Shown: one piece after another, positions 43,187 through 52,096 of the stretch
Layout of the letters: the number at the start of each line of letters is the position of its first letter
How positions within the stretch are numbered: position 1 is the first letter of the stretch
Source of the DNA: an uncultured Pseudomonadales bacterium
GTDB lineage: Bacteria > Pseudomonadota > Gammaproteobacteria > Pseudomonadales > UBA7434
Length of the DNA: 64,000 nucleotides
Assembly: GCA_905478995.1 (NCBI GenBank)
Contig: CAJQKT010000023.1
Coordinates: forward strand, 44,961-108,960
Direction: 5' to 3'
Position numbers and translations under genes: made by a program
The notes under the pieces: model-generated
The model's input: only the letters and a program-made list of their open reading frames with translations
Database searches by the model: none
Told to the model about the DNA's origin: nothing

Positions 43187-44407
43187 ATGAACGATTTTGC
43201 GCTGCTTGGTCTGTTGATTATAGCCATTGGCATTGGTTTTTTTCTTGGTCTGCGTGCTGCCAAAAAGAATTTGGCGGGCGCAGCTTTTGCTCCGGGCAAG
43301 AGTTACTTTCAGGGGCTTAATTACTTGCTTAATGAGCAGCCTGACAAAGCTGTGGAAGAGTTTGTTTCGGCTCTCGATGTGAATACAGATACGCTTGAAA
43401 CGCACCTCGCATTGGGTAAATTGATGCGTAAACAGGGGCAGGTAGATAGAGCGATTCGTATTCATCAAAACCTGCTGGCTCGGCCCGTGCTTGAGCTCAA
43501 AGATCAGCATCAGGTTCACCTCGAATTGGCGCGCGACTTTATGACCGCAGGCTTGCTTGATCGTGCCGAAGTGCTATTGCAGGAGGTGATCGGTGAGTCT
43601 ACTGATCTGCGCAGCATTGCCCAGCGTTCCTTGCTTGATATTTATCAAGATGAAAGTGAGTGGCAAGATGCAATAAACGTAGCGCAGGCGTTATTACAAA
43701 GCCGTTTCATGAAAGCCAATGTAGAGCACAAGCGTAATCTGCAGCGCATGGTTGCGCACTTTTATTGTGAACTGGCTGAAGATTGCATGCATAGTGAAAA
43801 CTTGATTGGGGCTAGGCAGTACCTCGATCGCGCTGTAGCGGCCGACAAAACCGTTTATCGTGTGGCATTGCTCAGCGCAGCCAATGATAACGCTCAAGGG
43901 CGGCACAAACAGGTGATTAAGGTTTTATCACGACTTGAGTTGCAAGACCCTGCATGGTTCTGGATGTGTTTGCCGGCGTTGCAAGAGGCGTATGAAAGGC
44001 AGGATGCGGAGCGTGGCTTTGAGATTTTTTCACGACATTTGCGCTCACATATTGAAAATCATGATGCGCCGCGCGTGGCAATGTATTTGGTCGATCAGTT
44101 TATCGCCCGCAGTGAAGATGAGCCTATTCGGGTGCAGCAGGCCAGTGAAATACTGTCTGTTTTTGTTGCCCAGTATGAGTCGCTGCTCGCCTCAAATAAG
44201 TTAGTCGAGCTGCAAATAAATGATGCGAGTAAGCATGTGGAGAGCGATGTGTGTAGGCTTCATTCGCAGGTCAGTGAGCTGTTAAATCAACGTAACCGCT
44301 ATCGGTGTGGCGACTGTGGTTTTTCCGGGCGGCAGCTGCATTGGCGTTGTCCAAGCTGTAAAACATGGGAATCCATGCGGTCTATCGAAAATCAGTCGAC
44401 AGCCTAG
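43187..44407 (+). CDS. lapB: Lipopolysaccharide assembly protein LapB (YciM)
   Basis: N-terminal TM helix, TPR repeats, and a C-terminal rubredoxin-like CGDCGFSGRQLHWRCPSCKTW. Confidence 0.9.
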   Translation: MNDFALLGLLIIAIGIGFFLGLRAAKKNLAGAAFAPGKSYFQGLNYLLNEQPDKAVEEFVSALDVNTDTLETHLALGKLMRKQGQVDRAIRIHQNLLARPVLELKDQHQVHLELARDFMTAGLLDRAEVLLQEVIGESTDLRSIAQRSLLDIYQDESEWQDAINVAQALLQSRFMKANVEHKRNLQRMVAHFYCELAEDCMHSENLIGARQYLDRAVAADKTVYRVALLSAANDNAQGRHKQVIKVLSRLELQDPAWFWMCLPALQEAYERQDAERGFEIFSRHLRSHIENHDAPRVAMYLVDQFIARSEDEPIRVQQASEILSVFVAQYESLLASNKLVELQINDASKHVESDVCRLHSQVSELLNQRNRYRCGDCGFSGRQLHWRCPSCKTWESMRSIENQSTA

Positions 44408-44542
44408 CGTTGATACATTGTTGAGACTAGAGCTGGCAATTCGGTATTTCTTCTCGCTCACTTATGGTTTGCAAAAAGCCATGTGAACTCTCTAGCTCAT
44501 CACATTTGAATTTTTTGCCAAGCATTGATCTGTTTTTGCAAG

Positions 44543-44574
44543 CCGGCAAACGCGCAGAGCTGTGCGTTTGCCGG
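44543..44574. terminator. Strong hairpin between convergent lapB and the LTD gene (possible bidirectional terminator, no U-tract)
   Basis: Perfect 11-bp arms CCGGCAAACGC (44543-44553) and GCGTTTGCCGG (44564-44574). There is no T-run after the stem on either strand, so terminator function is only inferred. Confidence 0.4.
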
Positions 44575-44601
44575 TTGCTCAATCCCCCGATTCGCTTTGG
44601 C

Positions 44602-45489
44602 TTAGGTTTGCCTTGCTCGCGAACGATGTCGTTGTGAAGCCACCGCCAGACCCGTTAGTGAGCTGGCAAAAAATATTATGCTTGCCGGTAGCGGTATACT
44701 ACTGACATGGGGCATAAGGTTTTGACCCGCATTGAGCCCACCAAAGGTAGCATTGGCCGCCGTCCAGCTAAAGTCTTCTCGCTCAGATCCTGTGCCGGTC
44801 CGTTGTAATGAAATGCCAAGTGCAGCGTTTATGCTTTCTGAAATCCCTATATCCGTGCTAGTAAGTCCCAGCGCAGCGCCGTCTGTTGCAGTGACATCAC
44901 CTTCATAGCTTAAAAACTCTATAACCTGGCCCAAAGAGTTGATGAGTGCGACTCCGTCCGAGGGACCATTTTGCAAGCCACCGGTAACTACATGCATAAA
45001 ACCGTAACCGTTACTTTGATCTGAAAACGAGCCGGTTAATGCATTGGTTTTGTAAACACTGCCATTGTTGCCGTTATAAAAGAGCAGTTGCCAATCCTCT
45101 AGGCTGGTGCCCGCTTGGGCCACAATTTCAATACCCTCGTCGACATCTATGCCGTCATTGTCATAGTGTATTTCATTAATAAAAACGGTTGAGGCTTGAG
45201 ATTGAAGGCCTGTTAGGGCCAGTGCGAGTACACTGCCACTGCACAAAAAACGCCTGCATAAGCAGCGCAAATTTTTTGAGATGCCCTGACTTAAATGGGC
45301 TGATTGCTGGATGTCGGTGCAGCGAATTTGTGCGCGCCTGATGTTTTTGGTGGGGGGGGATTTGCCGCTGGATTGGGTGTTGAACTGCTTGCTTTGGCAC
45401 GCTGCGGTGCCAAGATTATCGGCGCTACCCTTGCTGGTGCATGCGCTTGCGGCTTGCTGGGATAAAAATAAAGTTAAGTGGTTTGACAT
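44602..45489 (-). CDS. Lamin-tail-domain (LTD) protein with VPLPA/PEP-CTERM-like C-terminal anchor
   Basis: ATG 45489 has a near-perfect SD (AAGGAGGA, 5-nt spacing). LTD-like block VFINEIHYDNDGIDVDEGIEIVAQAGTSLEDWQLLFYNGNNGSVY...GPSDGVALINSLGQVIEFLSYEG. Tail SIPLPASIIFFASSLTGLAVASQRHRSRARQT. Confidence 0.8.
   Translation of the reverse strand: MSNHLTLFLSQQAASACTSKGSADNLGTAACQSKQFNTQSSGKSPPTKNIRRAQIRCTDIQQSAHLSQGISKNLRCLCRRFLCSGSVLALALTGLQSQASTVFINEIHYDNDGIDVDEGIEIVAQAGTSLEDWQLLFYNGNNGSVYKTNALTGSFSDQSNGYGFMHVVTGGLQNGPSDGVALINSLGQVIEFLSYEGDVTATDGAALGLTSTDIGISESINAALGISLQRTGTGSEREDFSWTAANATFGGLNAGQNLMPHVSSIPLPASIIFFASSLTGLAVASQRHRSRARQT
45352..45359. repeat. G8/C8 homopolymer tract inside the 5' coding region of the LTD gene
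   Basis: Counted directly: tGGGGGGGGa on the plus strand, equal to codons TCC CCC CCC ACC (Ser44-Thr47) of the minus-strand ORF. Confidence 0.95.
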
Positions 45490-45821
45490 ACTATCCTCCT
45501 TGATAGATCGAGCGTCTAAACGTTTATGTTTTCATTTTTGGGTTGCTGTCATCATGACTGCAGCGCCACTATACGATTGGAATAAAAAATATACAAGTAT
45601 TTATTTGTATGCTAGGGTTTAATCCGTGTTTTGGTTTTTTTAATTTTCTATGCAGTATTTGGATGAGATTTTCCGGCAAAAAAAGGAGCGTTTCATGCAT
45701 TTTTTAGAGTCTAACTAAAACACAAAGCAGCGCTATTTTTGCTTAAATAGCAGTGTTTTTTCGCAAAAAAAGCACACATTCCGGCAGGATGGCCGGTTTA
45801 ATTAATGACAAGGAGTAAGTT

Positions 45822-46100
45822 ATGAAATTATCCATTCCAACCCTCATCTTGGCTTTAAGTCTATCGTCGTTAGCACAGGCGTCAGACGGCAGAGCCGCCG
45901 ATTTAATCGATATTAACAAGGCTTCTGCTGAGCAATTAGCCCAAGCGCTCGATGGCATTGGTTTGAGCAAGGCTCGAGCTATTGTTGAGTATCGCCGTGT
46001 TAATGGGGCTTTTGGTTCGCTTGAGTCGCTTGAGGCGATTAAAGGTATTGGCGAAAGCACGATCGCCAACAACAAGAATCGCATTCGTATTAGCAAGTAA
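45822..46100 (+). CDS. comEA: ComEA-family periplasmic helix-hairpin-helix DNA-binding protein
   Basis: Signal peptide MKLSIPTLILALSLSSLAQA, then INKASAEQLAQALDGIGLSKARAIVEYRRVNGAFGSLESLEAIKGIGESTI (tandem HhH). AAGGAG lies upstream of the ATG. Confidence 0.88.
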   Translation: MKLSIPTLILALSLSSLAQASDGRAADLIDINKASAEQLAQALDGIGLSKARAIVEYRRVNGAFGSLESLEAIKGIGESTIANNKNRIRISK

Positions 46101-46292
46101 AAATCGGTAACAGCACAGCTGCTTCGTCCATGGTTTGTTCGCCTGTCGAGCGGGCGGAGCAGTTGCATATTGCCGTTTTCCTAGCGTTAAATCACTGTTA
46201 ATCTGCTACCTCTATATAATGCGCTTGTAGGGTTTTCTCGGGCATTTTTTTTGCACCAAGTGGTTGGGTGCAAATCGATCAAGGGGTTTTTT

Positions 46293-47288
46293 ATGGCGGT
46301 TTATGACGTATTTAATGGTGATGCTGATGGCATCTGTGCGCTAACTCAGTTGCGCAACGCAGAGCCTCTGGAGTCGGAGCTTGTTACCGGTGTTAAACGC
46401 GATATTAAGTTGCTAGACAACTTGCTCGACAAGTTGCCCAACAATGTGTCTGGCAAGGTTGCATTGGGCGGCGACGATCAAGTCAATGTACTTGATGTGT
46501 CAATGGATAAAAATAAGCCGGCGCTGTTGCGTATTCTGGATAGTGGTGCTCAAGTTTTTTATTGCGATCATCATGTCGCAGGCGATATTCCTAATGCCAG
46601 TTCACTCGATGCGCTAATCAATACGTCGCCAGATATTTGCACCAGTTTACTGATCAATGGACGCCTGCAGGGCGCCTATGCGCGCTGGGCTGTCGTGGGT
46701 GCATTTGGTGACAACTTGCATCGCAGCGCGAGTGCACTCGCAGGCTCACTCAATCTTTCTGATATTGAGCTCAAGCAGCTTGAAAACTTGGGTATTTATA
46801 TCAATTACAATGGTTATGGCGCGAGTCTCGATGACCTGCACTTTAAGCCGGCTGAGCTATACACGCGCGTGAGTCAGTATGACGACCCGCTGCGCTTCCT
46901 TAACGATGACAGGCAAACTTTTCAAAGTCTTGAGCATGGCTATGAAGAAGATATGTTGCGCGCTGCCAAAGCAGAGCAATTGCGTGATACGACTCATTCG
47001 GCCGCCTTTTTACTACCCGATGAAAAATGGGCCCGTCGAGTCAGTGGAGTTTATGGGAATGACCTTGCCAATCAGTCGCCGCACCGAGCTCATGCTGTGC
47101 TCACTGAGCGGCCTGACGACACTTATTTGGTGAGTGTACGCGCACCGCTCAACAATAAAACCGCAGCTGATGAACTGTGTATGGAGTTCCCTACAGGGGG
47201 AGGGCGCAAGGCTGCAGCGGGTATTAATGCCTTGCCGGCCAATTTATTGGGTCAGTTTTTAGATAGGCTTGATGAAATTTATACCTAG
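46293..47288 (+). CDS. DHH/DHHA1-superfamily phosphoesterase (uncharacterised subfamily)
   Basis: All DHH motifs are readable: GDADG (I), VLDVSMD (II), YCDHHV (III), PTGGGRKAAAG (IV, GGGH-like). ATG 46293 is preceded by AAGGGG. No signal peptide. Confidence 0.75.
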   Translation: MAVYDVFNGDADGICALTQLRNAEPLESELVTGVKRDIKLLDNLLDKLPNNVSGKVALGGDDQVNVLDVSMDKNKPALLRILDSGAQVFYCDHHVAGDIPNASSLDALINTSPDICTSLLINGRLQGAYARWAVVGAFGDNLHRSASALAGSLNLSDIELKQLENLGIYINYNGYGASLDDLHFKPAELYTRVSQYDDPLRFLNDDRQTFQSLEHGYEEDMLRAAKAEQLRDTTHSAAFLLPDEKWARRVSGVYGNDLANQSPHRAHAVLTERPDDTYLVSVRAPLNNKTAADELCMEFPTGGGRKAAAGINALPANLLGQFLDRLDEIYT

Positions 47289-47354
47289 GCTGAAGTACTG
47301 TAGTATTGCCGTCGTACTAGCGCTGCTTTAAACATCAATGATTGGTTTGCCAAA

Positions 47355-49145
47355 ATGGAAATAACTGCCTTATTATCGATCGCTGTGGTCCTATTGTGTT
47401 TTGCTGGGTTGATGTTTACTCGAGTCGCGCCCGATGTGTTACTTATGGGCGGCGTGGCGATATTATTGGTGTCGGGGATCTTGCAACCAGTAGATGCATT
47501 CTCTGGCTTTGCTAATGAAGGCACCATCACAGTGGCACTTCTATTCGTGGTGGCGCGAGGCCTGACCAAAACAGGGGCGGCATCGTGGCTCGCGGGAAGC
47601 TTGTTAGGTAAGCCAAGCACCTTGCCACGTGCGCAATTGCGCTTGATGGCGCCCGTTGCCGCGCTCAGCTCGGTGGTGAACAACACGCCAGTAGTGGCGA
47701 TGATGATTCCTGCTGTGATGGAGTGGGCTAAGCGCACTCGCTTTCCTGTCTCCCACCTACTCATGCCCTTGAGTTATGCGGCCATCATGGGTGGCGCTTG
47801 TACGTTAATTGGCACTAGCACCAATCTTATCGTCGATGGCATGTTGAAAACCTATTATCGTGAGCAGCCGGTACCTAGTGAGCATGGCCTGGCTATTTTT
47901 GAGTTGGCTTGGGTGGGCGTGCCCTGCGTGCTGGTGACCTTTGTTTATGTGCTGTTGTTTAGTCGCCTGTTATTGGTCAATAGAGGGGCATCGCAAGAAC
48001 CGCAGTTTGGTGATACCCGCCAGTACACGGTAGAAATGCTGGTTGAACCGGATAGTCCATTGGTGGGTAAGACCGTAGAGTCGGCTGACCTGCGTAATTT
48101 ACCCGGCGTTTATCTTATAGAGATACAGCGTAGCGGCCATTTAATTACCGCAGTAGGACCTTTGCAACAGCTGCAGGCAAATGATCGGCTGGTATTTGCA
48201 GGCAATGTAGAGTCGGTGGTCGATTTGCAAAAAATGCGCGGTTTACGACCTGCTGATGATCAAATATTCAAATTAGATTCAGAACGCTCACAACGTCATT
48301 TGGTGGAGGTTGTTATTTCTAACAATTTCCCTCAGCTGGGAAAAACAATCAAGCAAGGTCGTTTTCGATCGACTTATGGAGCGGCTATTATTGCCGTGGC
48401 ACGAGAGGGGCAGCGCTTAAAAGGGCGGATTGGTGATGTAGTGCTTAAGCCTGGTGATACCCTGCTAATTGAGGCGGGGCGTTCTTTTGAGCGGCAGCAG
48501 CGCTATGTGCGAGACTTTTTAATGGTGCGTAAAATAGACGACTACACGCCTGTGTCGCATGAGCATATGGGTACGGCCTTGTTTATCTTTGCGGCTATGA
48601 TTATTACAGCCGCTACCGGGCTGTTATCGATGCTTGAAGCAGCGATGCTAGCGGCGGGCGGGATGATCTTAACGCGTTGCCTTCGCACAGATGAAGCCAG
48701 ACGCAGTGTGGATTGGCAGGTGATTATTGTTATTGCTGCAGCCATTGCTTTGGGGGCAGGTCTGCAAACGACGGGTGCGGCCCTGACGATCGCCCAAGGT
48801 TTCATCGGTCTGGTAGGTGATTCCCCCTACAGTTTAATTGCAGGTCTATTTATTCTTACGGCAGGATTTTCTGCAATGATTTCTAATGTGGCAGCAGCGG
48901 TCTTGATCTTTCCTATTGCCGCTGCATTAAGTCGTCAGTTGGGTCTCGACCTCACGCCATTTGCGGTTACGCTAATGATTGCAGCCTCGGCTAGTTTTGC
49001 CACCCCCATTGGCTATCAAACGAATCTTATGGTGTACGGCCCGGGTAAGTATCGCTTTATGGATTTTGTTAAAATGGGCGGCCCATTAACGGTGTTGGTG
49101 GGTATTACCACGGTTATTATTGTGCCGATTGTTTGGCCATTTTAA
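47355..49145 (+). CDS. SLC13/DASS-type anion permease with two central TrkA-C (RCK-C) domains
   Basis: 596 aa. Two multi-TM halves flank two soluble repeats (VEPDSPLVGKTVESADLRNLPGVYLIEIQR and ISNNFPQLGKTIKQGRFRSTYGAAIIAVAR). Confidence 0.8.
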   Translation: MEITALLSIAVVLLCFAGLMFTRVAPDVLLMGGVAILLVSGILQPVDAFSGFANEGTITVALLFVVARGLTKTGAASWLAGSLLGKPSTLPRAQLRLMAPVAALSSVVNNTPVVAMMIPAVMEWAKRTRFPVSHLLMPLSYAAIMGGACTLIGTSTNLIVDGMLKTYYREQPVPSEHGLAIFELAWVGVPCVLVTFVYVLLFSRLLLVNRGASQEPQFGDTRQYTVEMLVEPDSPLVGKTVESADLRNLPGVYLIEIQRSGHLITAVGPLQQLQANDRLVFAGNVESVVDLQKMRGLRPADDQIFKLDSERSQRHLVEVVISNNFPQLGKTIKQGRFRSTYGAAIIAVAREGQRLKGRIGDVVLKPGDTLLIEAGRSFERQQRYVRDFLMVRKIDDYTPVSHEHMGTALFIFAAMIITAATGLLSMLEAAMLAAGGMILTRCLRTDEARRSVDWQVIIVIAAAIALGAGLQTTGAALTIAQGFIGLVGDSPYSLIAGLFILTAGFSAMISNVAAAVLIFPIAAALSRQLGLDLTPFAVTLMIAASASFATPIGYQTNLMVYGPGKYRFMDFVKMGGPLTVLVGITTVIIVPIVWPF

Positions 49146-49176
49146 CGGTTTAAAAATAATAAACTGGGATTCTTTG

Positions 49177-50079
49177 ATGCAGTTAAATACGCAAAATATG
49201 CCATTTCCCGAGTTGCGTGAATGGTTTGAAAAAGGCGTCATGCAGTCGCTTTTAGGCCACGATATTTTTTTTATTGATGAGGGCGAGCGCAATAAACCTA
49301 CGCTACTACTTATTCATGGCTTCCCAACGTCGAGCTGGGACTGGAAAAAAATGTGGCTGGCGCTGCGAAAAGAATACCGGGTTGTGTGCTTAGATATGTT
49401 GGGGTTTGGTTTCTCTGCAAAGCCCAACAATTATAAATACAGTATCCATAGCCAAGCCGACATTGTTGAAGCGTTAGTGGGGCACCTGCAACTCGCAAAT
49501 TTTCATGTATTAGCTCATGACTACGGTGACACGGTCGCGCAAGAGCTTTTGGCACGGCAAAATGCGGGAATTGGTCAAGGCCATTGGCTTTCAGCCTGCT
49601 TTCTCAATGGAGGGCTGTTTCCTGAAACACATCATGCGCTATTAACGCAAAAACTATTGTTAAGCCCTATAGGGCCGCTCATTAATCGCTTGGCCGGTAA
49701 AGCCAGTTTTGATCGATCGTTTAGCAGAGTTTTCGGCGCGCGCACAAAACCTAGCGAAACGGAGTTGGCGCAGTTTTGGTGTTTGATTAATCTCAAGCAG
49801 GGTAAACATATCTTCCACAATTTAATCACCTATATGAGTGATCGCATTGAACACCGGCAGCGCTGGGTCGATGCGCTAGTTGAAGCTAAAATACCCTTAG
49901 CGCTTATCAATGGCTCTACCGATCCAGTGTCGGGTGAGCATATGGTGGCCCGTTATAAGGCGTTGGGTTGTCGGTTGGACTTTGTAGCCGAGCTGGCCGA
50001 TATTGGGCATTACCCGCAGGTAGAAGCTCCAGCGTTGGTCGCTCAGCACTACCTGGAGTTTGTTCAGGAGTGGGGCTAA
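49177..50079 (+). CDS. Alpha/beta-fold hydrolase
   Basis: LLLIHGFPTSSWDW and the nucleophile-elbow region VLAHDYGD. I set the start at ATG 49177; the track ORF overlaps the permease 3' end. Confidence 0.75.
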   Translation: MQLNTQNMPFPELREWFEKGVMQSLLGHDIFFIDEGERNKPTLLLIHGFPTSSWDWKKMWLALRKEYRVVCLDMLGFGFSAKPNNYKYSIHSQADIVEALVGHLQLANFHVLAHDYGDTVAQELLARQNAGIGQGHWLSACFLNGGLFPETHHALLTQKLLLSPIGPLINRLAGKASFDRSFSRVFGARTKPSETELAQFWCLINLKQGKHIFHNLITYMSDRIEHRQRWVDALVEAKIPLALINGSTDPVSGEHMVARYKALGCRLDFVAELADIGHYPQVEAPALVAQHYLEFVQEWG

Positions 50080-50315
50080 TACAAGGTTTGGCCGTTATTT
50101 TCAGGTATATGGTGTGACTGCCGCAGCCGCAGTCGAAATCGTAAACAGCGATAATGTTGGTGTCCGCGGATTGTCTGCTTTGGGTGTGTTTCTTGGTCAC
50201 TAGCCTTAGGTGGCATGATGATTGATTGGTTATACCGCGTTGAAATAAAAACGTTTAGGCTTTACATTGAGCTTTGAAAATATTGCTACACCGGTGGAGT
50301 TGAATATTTAAATAA

Positions 50316-51995
50316 ATGATTGAAAATAAAAATAGGCCGGTCCTTATGAATAAAACACTTCTCGAATATCTTGATCACTGGAAAACTGAATATCCTAACG
50401 AAGTCTGGATGCGATATCCGCAGGGCGATAATGTTCAGGAATGGAGTTGGCTAAAAGCCAGTGAGCAAATTCATGCGATAGCGGCCTGGCAACAAACGGT
50501 ACTGGGTGAGGCGGGAGTCAATGTGGGGCTGCTTTCGCGCAATCGACCCCATTGGTTCATGGCTGACCTTGGCACCATTGCGGCAGGCAATGTAACAGTG
50601 CCCATGTTTACAACATTGCCCAAAGATACCGCGGCTTATGTGATGGAATTTACCGACATGCAGCTGTTGTTTGTTGGTGAGAATGAAAATTGGGATAAAA
50701 TTTCTACGGTCCTCCCCAAGGGGCTAACGTTAGTGGCATTGCCGGGCGTTGAGCTTGATTGTGAGCACCTTCGTTGGGACGATATTATTAACGATTACCG
50801 AGGGCAGCGGGCAACGTATCAGGCGCAGCCTACTGATTTAGTTTCGATAGTGTTCACCTCTGGCACCACCGGCATGCCCAAAGGCGTGATGCAAACACAT
50901 GAGTCAAACGTAATACCGATTGACCGCTTTAAGCAGGCTTTCGCCACACCGCCTAAAGGCCGCTTTTTCTCTTACTTACCGCTGTCTCATATCGCAGAGC
51001 GGCAGGTGGTGGAATACGGCTCTTTAATTAATGGTGGCTCGGTTTATTTTAATGAAAATTTAACCACCTTGCTGCGTGACTTGCCCGCCTGTCGGCCGCA
51101 TATGATGTTTGGGCCGCCGCGTGTGTGGGAGCAGTTGCAGCAGGGCATTATTAATCAGTTTGGCTCGCAAGCGGCCCTCAGTGCAGCCTTGGCTGAAAAT
51201 AAAGCTGGCGTAGGCGAGCTGGTGCGTGCTGGGCTGGGCTTTGATGCCGCTATGTATTTGCTCACTGCTGCAGCGCCAACGCCACCTGCATTAATAGAGT
51301 GGTATGGAGAATTGGGCATTGAACTGATGGAGGGCTTTGGACAAACCGAGGCGATGGGTGTGGCGGCTAATACCGCCGAGCATCGAAAGATTGGCTCGAT
51401 CGGGCGTGTGGTGGGTGATGTAAAGGTGCGTTTGAGTGATGAGGGCGAGTTGCTAGTTAATGCCACGGGCCTTGCTACAGGTTATTACAAAATGCCGGAC
51501 AAGACGGCCGAAACCTTTGTGGAGGGTTGGCTGCATACAGGCGATAAAGCCCGCATAGATGAAGAGGGTTTCATTTTTATTACGGGTCGAGTCAAAGATT
51601 ATTTTAAAACGATTCAAGGCAAATTTGTTGCTCCTACGGCTATCGAGAATTCATTTTCTGAAAGTATGCACAGCGAGCAGTGTTGCTTACTCGGTCGCGG
51701 TTACTCTAAAACCGTTATTGTGTGCGTGCTCTCGGCCATGGCACAAAAAGAAGACGCCGATCTAATTAACAACGATCTAATTGCGCATGTTAGACAGCTT
51801 AATCAAACGGTTGAAAAGCATGCCCGTGTGGGCGCTATTATTGTTAGTTGTGAGTCTTGGACAATTGATAACGGTATGCTCACACCGACGATGAAGATTC
51901 GCCGCGAACAAATTGAAGAGCGCTTTGGCGACTTAGCCAGAGCGTTGGCGCATGATGCTGCAGTTAAAGCGGAAGTGTTGCTAACCAGGCAATAG
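50316..51995 (+). CDS. AMP-dependent acyl-CoA synthetase/ligase (long-chain fatty-acid type)
   Basis: AMP-binding signature IVFTSGTTGMPKGVMQTH plus the later blocks GFGQTE and TGDKARIDEEGFIFITGRVKD. Confidence 0.85.
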   Translation: MIENKNRPVLMNKTLLEYLDHWKTEYPNEVWMRYPQGDNVQEWSWLKASEQIHAIAAWQQTVLGEAGVNVGLLSRNRPHWFMADLGTIAAGNVTVPMFTTLPKDTAAYVMEFTDMQLLFVGENENWDKISTVLPKGLTLVALPGVELDCEHLRWDDIINDYRGQRATYQAQPTDLVSIVFTSGTTGMPKGVMQTHESNVIPIDRFKQAFATPPKGRFFSYLPLSHIAERQVVEYGSLINGGSVYFNENLTTLLRDLPACRPHMMFGPPRVWEQLQQGIINQFGSQAALSAALAENKAGVGELVRAGLGFDAAMYLLTAAAPTPPALIEWYGELGIELMEGFGQTEAMGVAANTAEHRKIGSIGRVVGDVKVRLSDEGELLVNATGLATGYYKMPDKTAETFVEGWLHTGDKARIDEEGFIFITGRVKDYFKTIQGKFVAPTAIENSFSESMHSEQCCLLGRGYSKTVIVCVLSAMAQKEDADLINNDLIAHVRQLNQTVEKHARVGAIIVSCESWTIDNGMLTPTMKIRREQIEERFGDLARALAHDAAVKAEVLLTRQ

Positions 51996-52096
51996 ACCAG
52001 CGGGCTGCCTCTTTGGAAGGCATTGTCTAGTCGTTATCTTGCAATGGCTTTAACCAATGAGGCCATTATTTTGTTTGCTTTTTTTGGAAGATCCAC

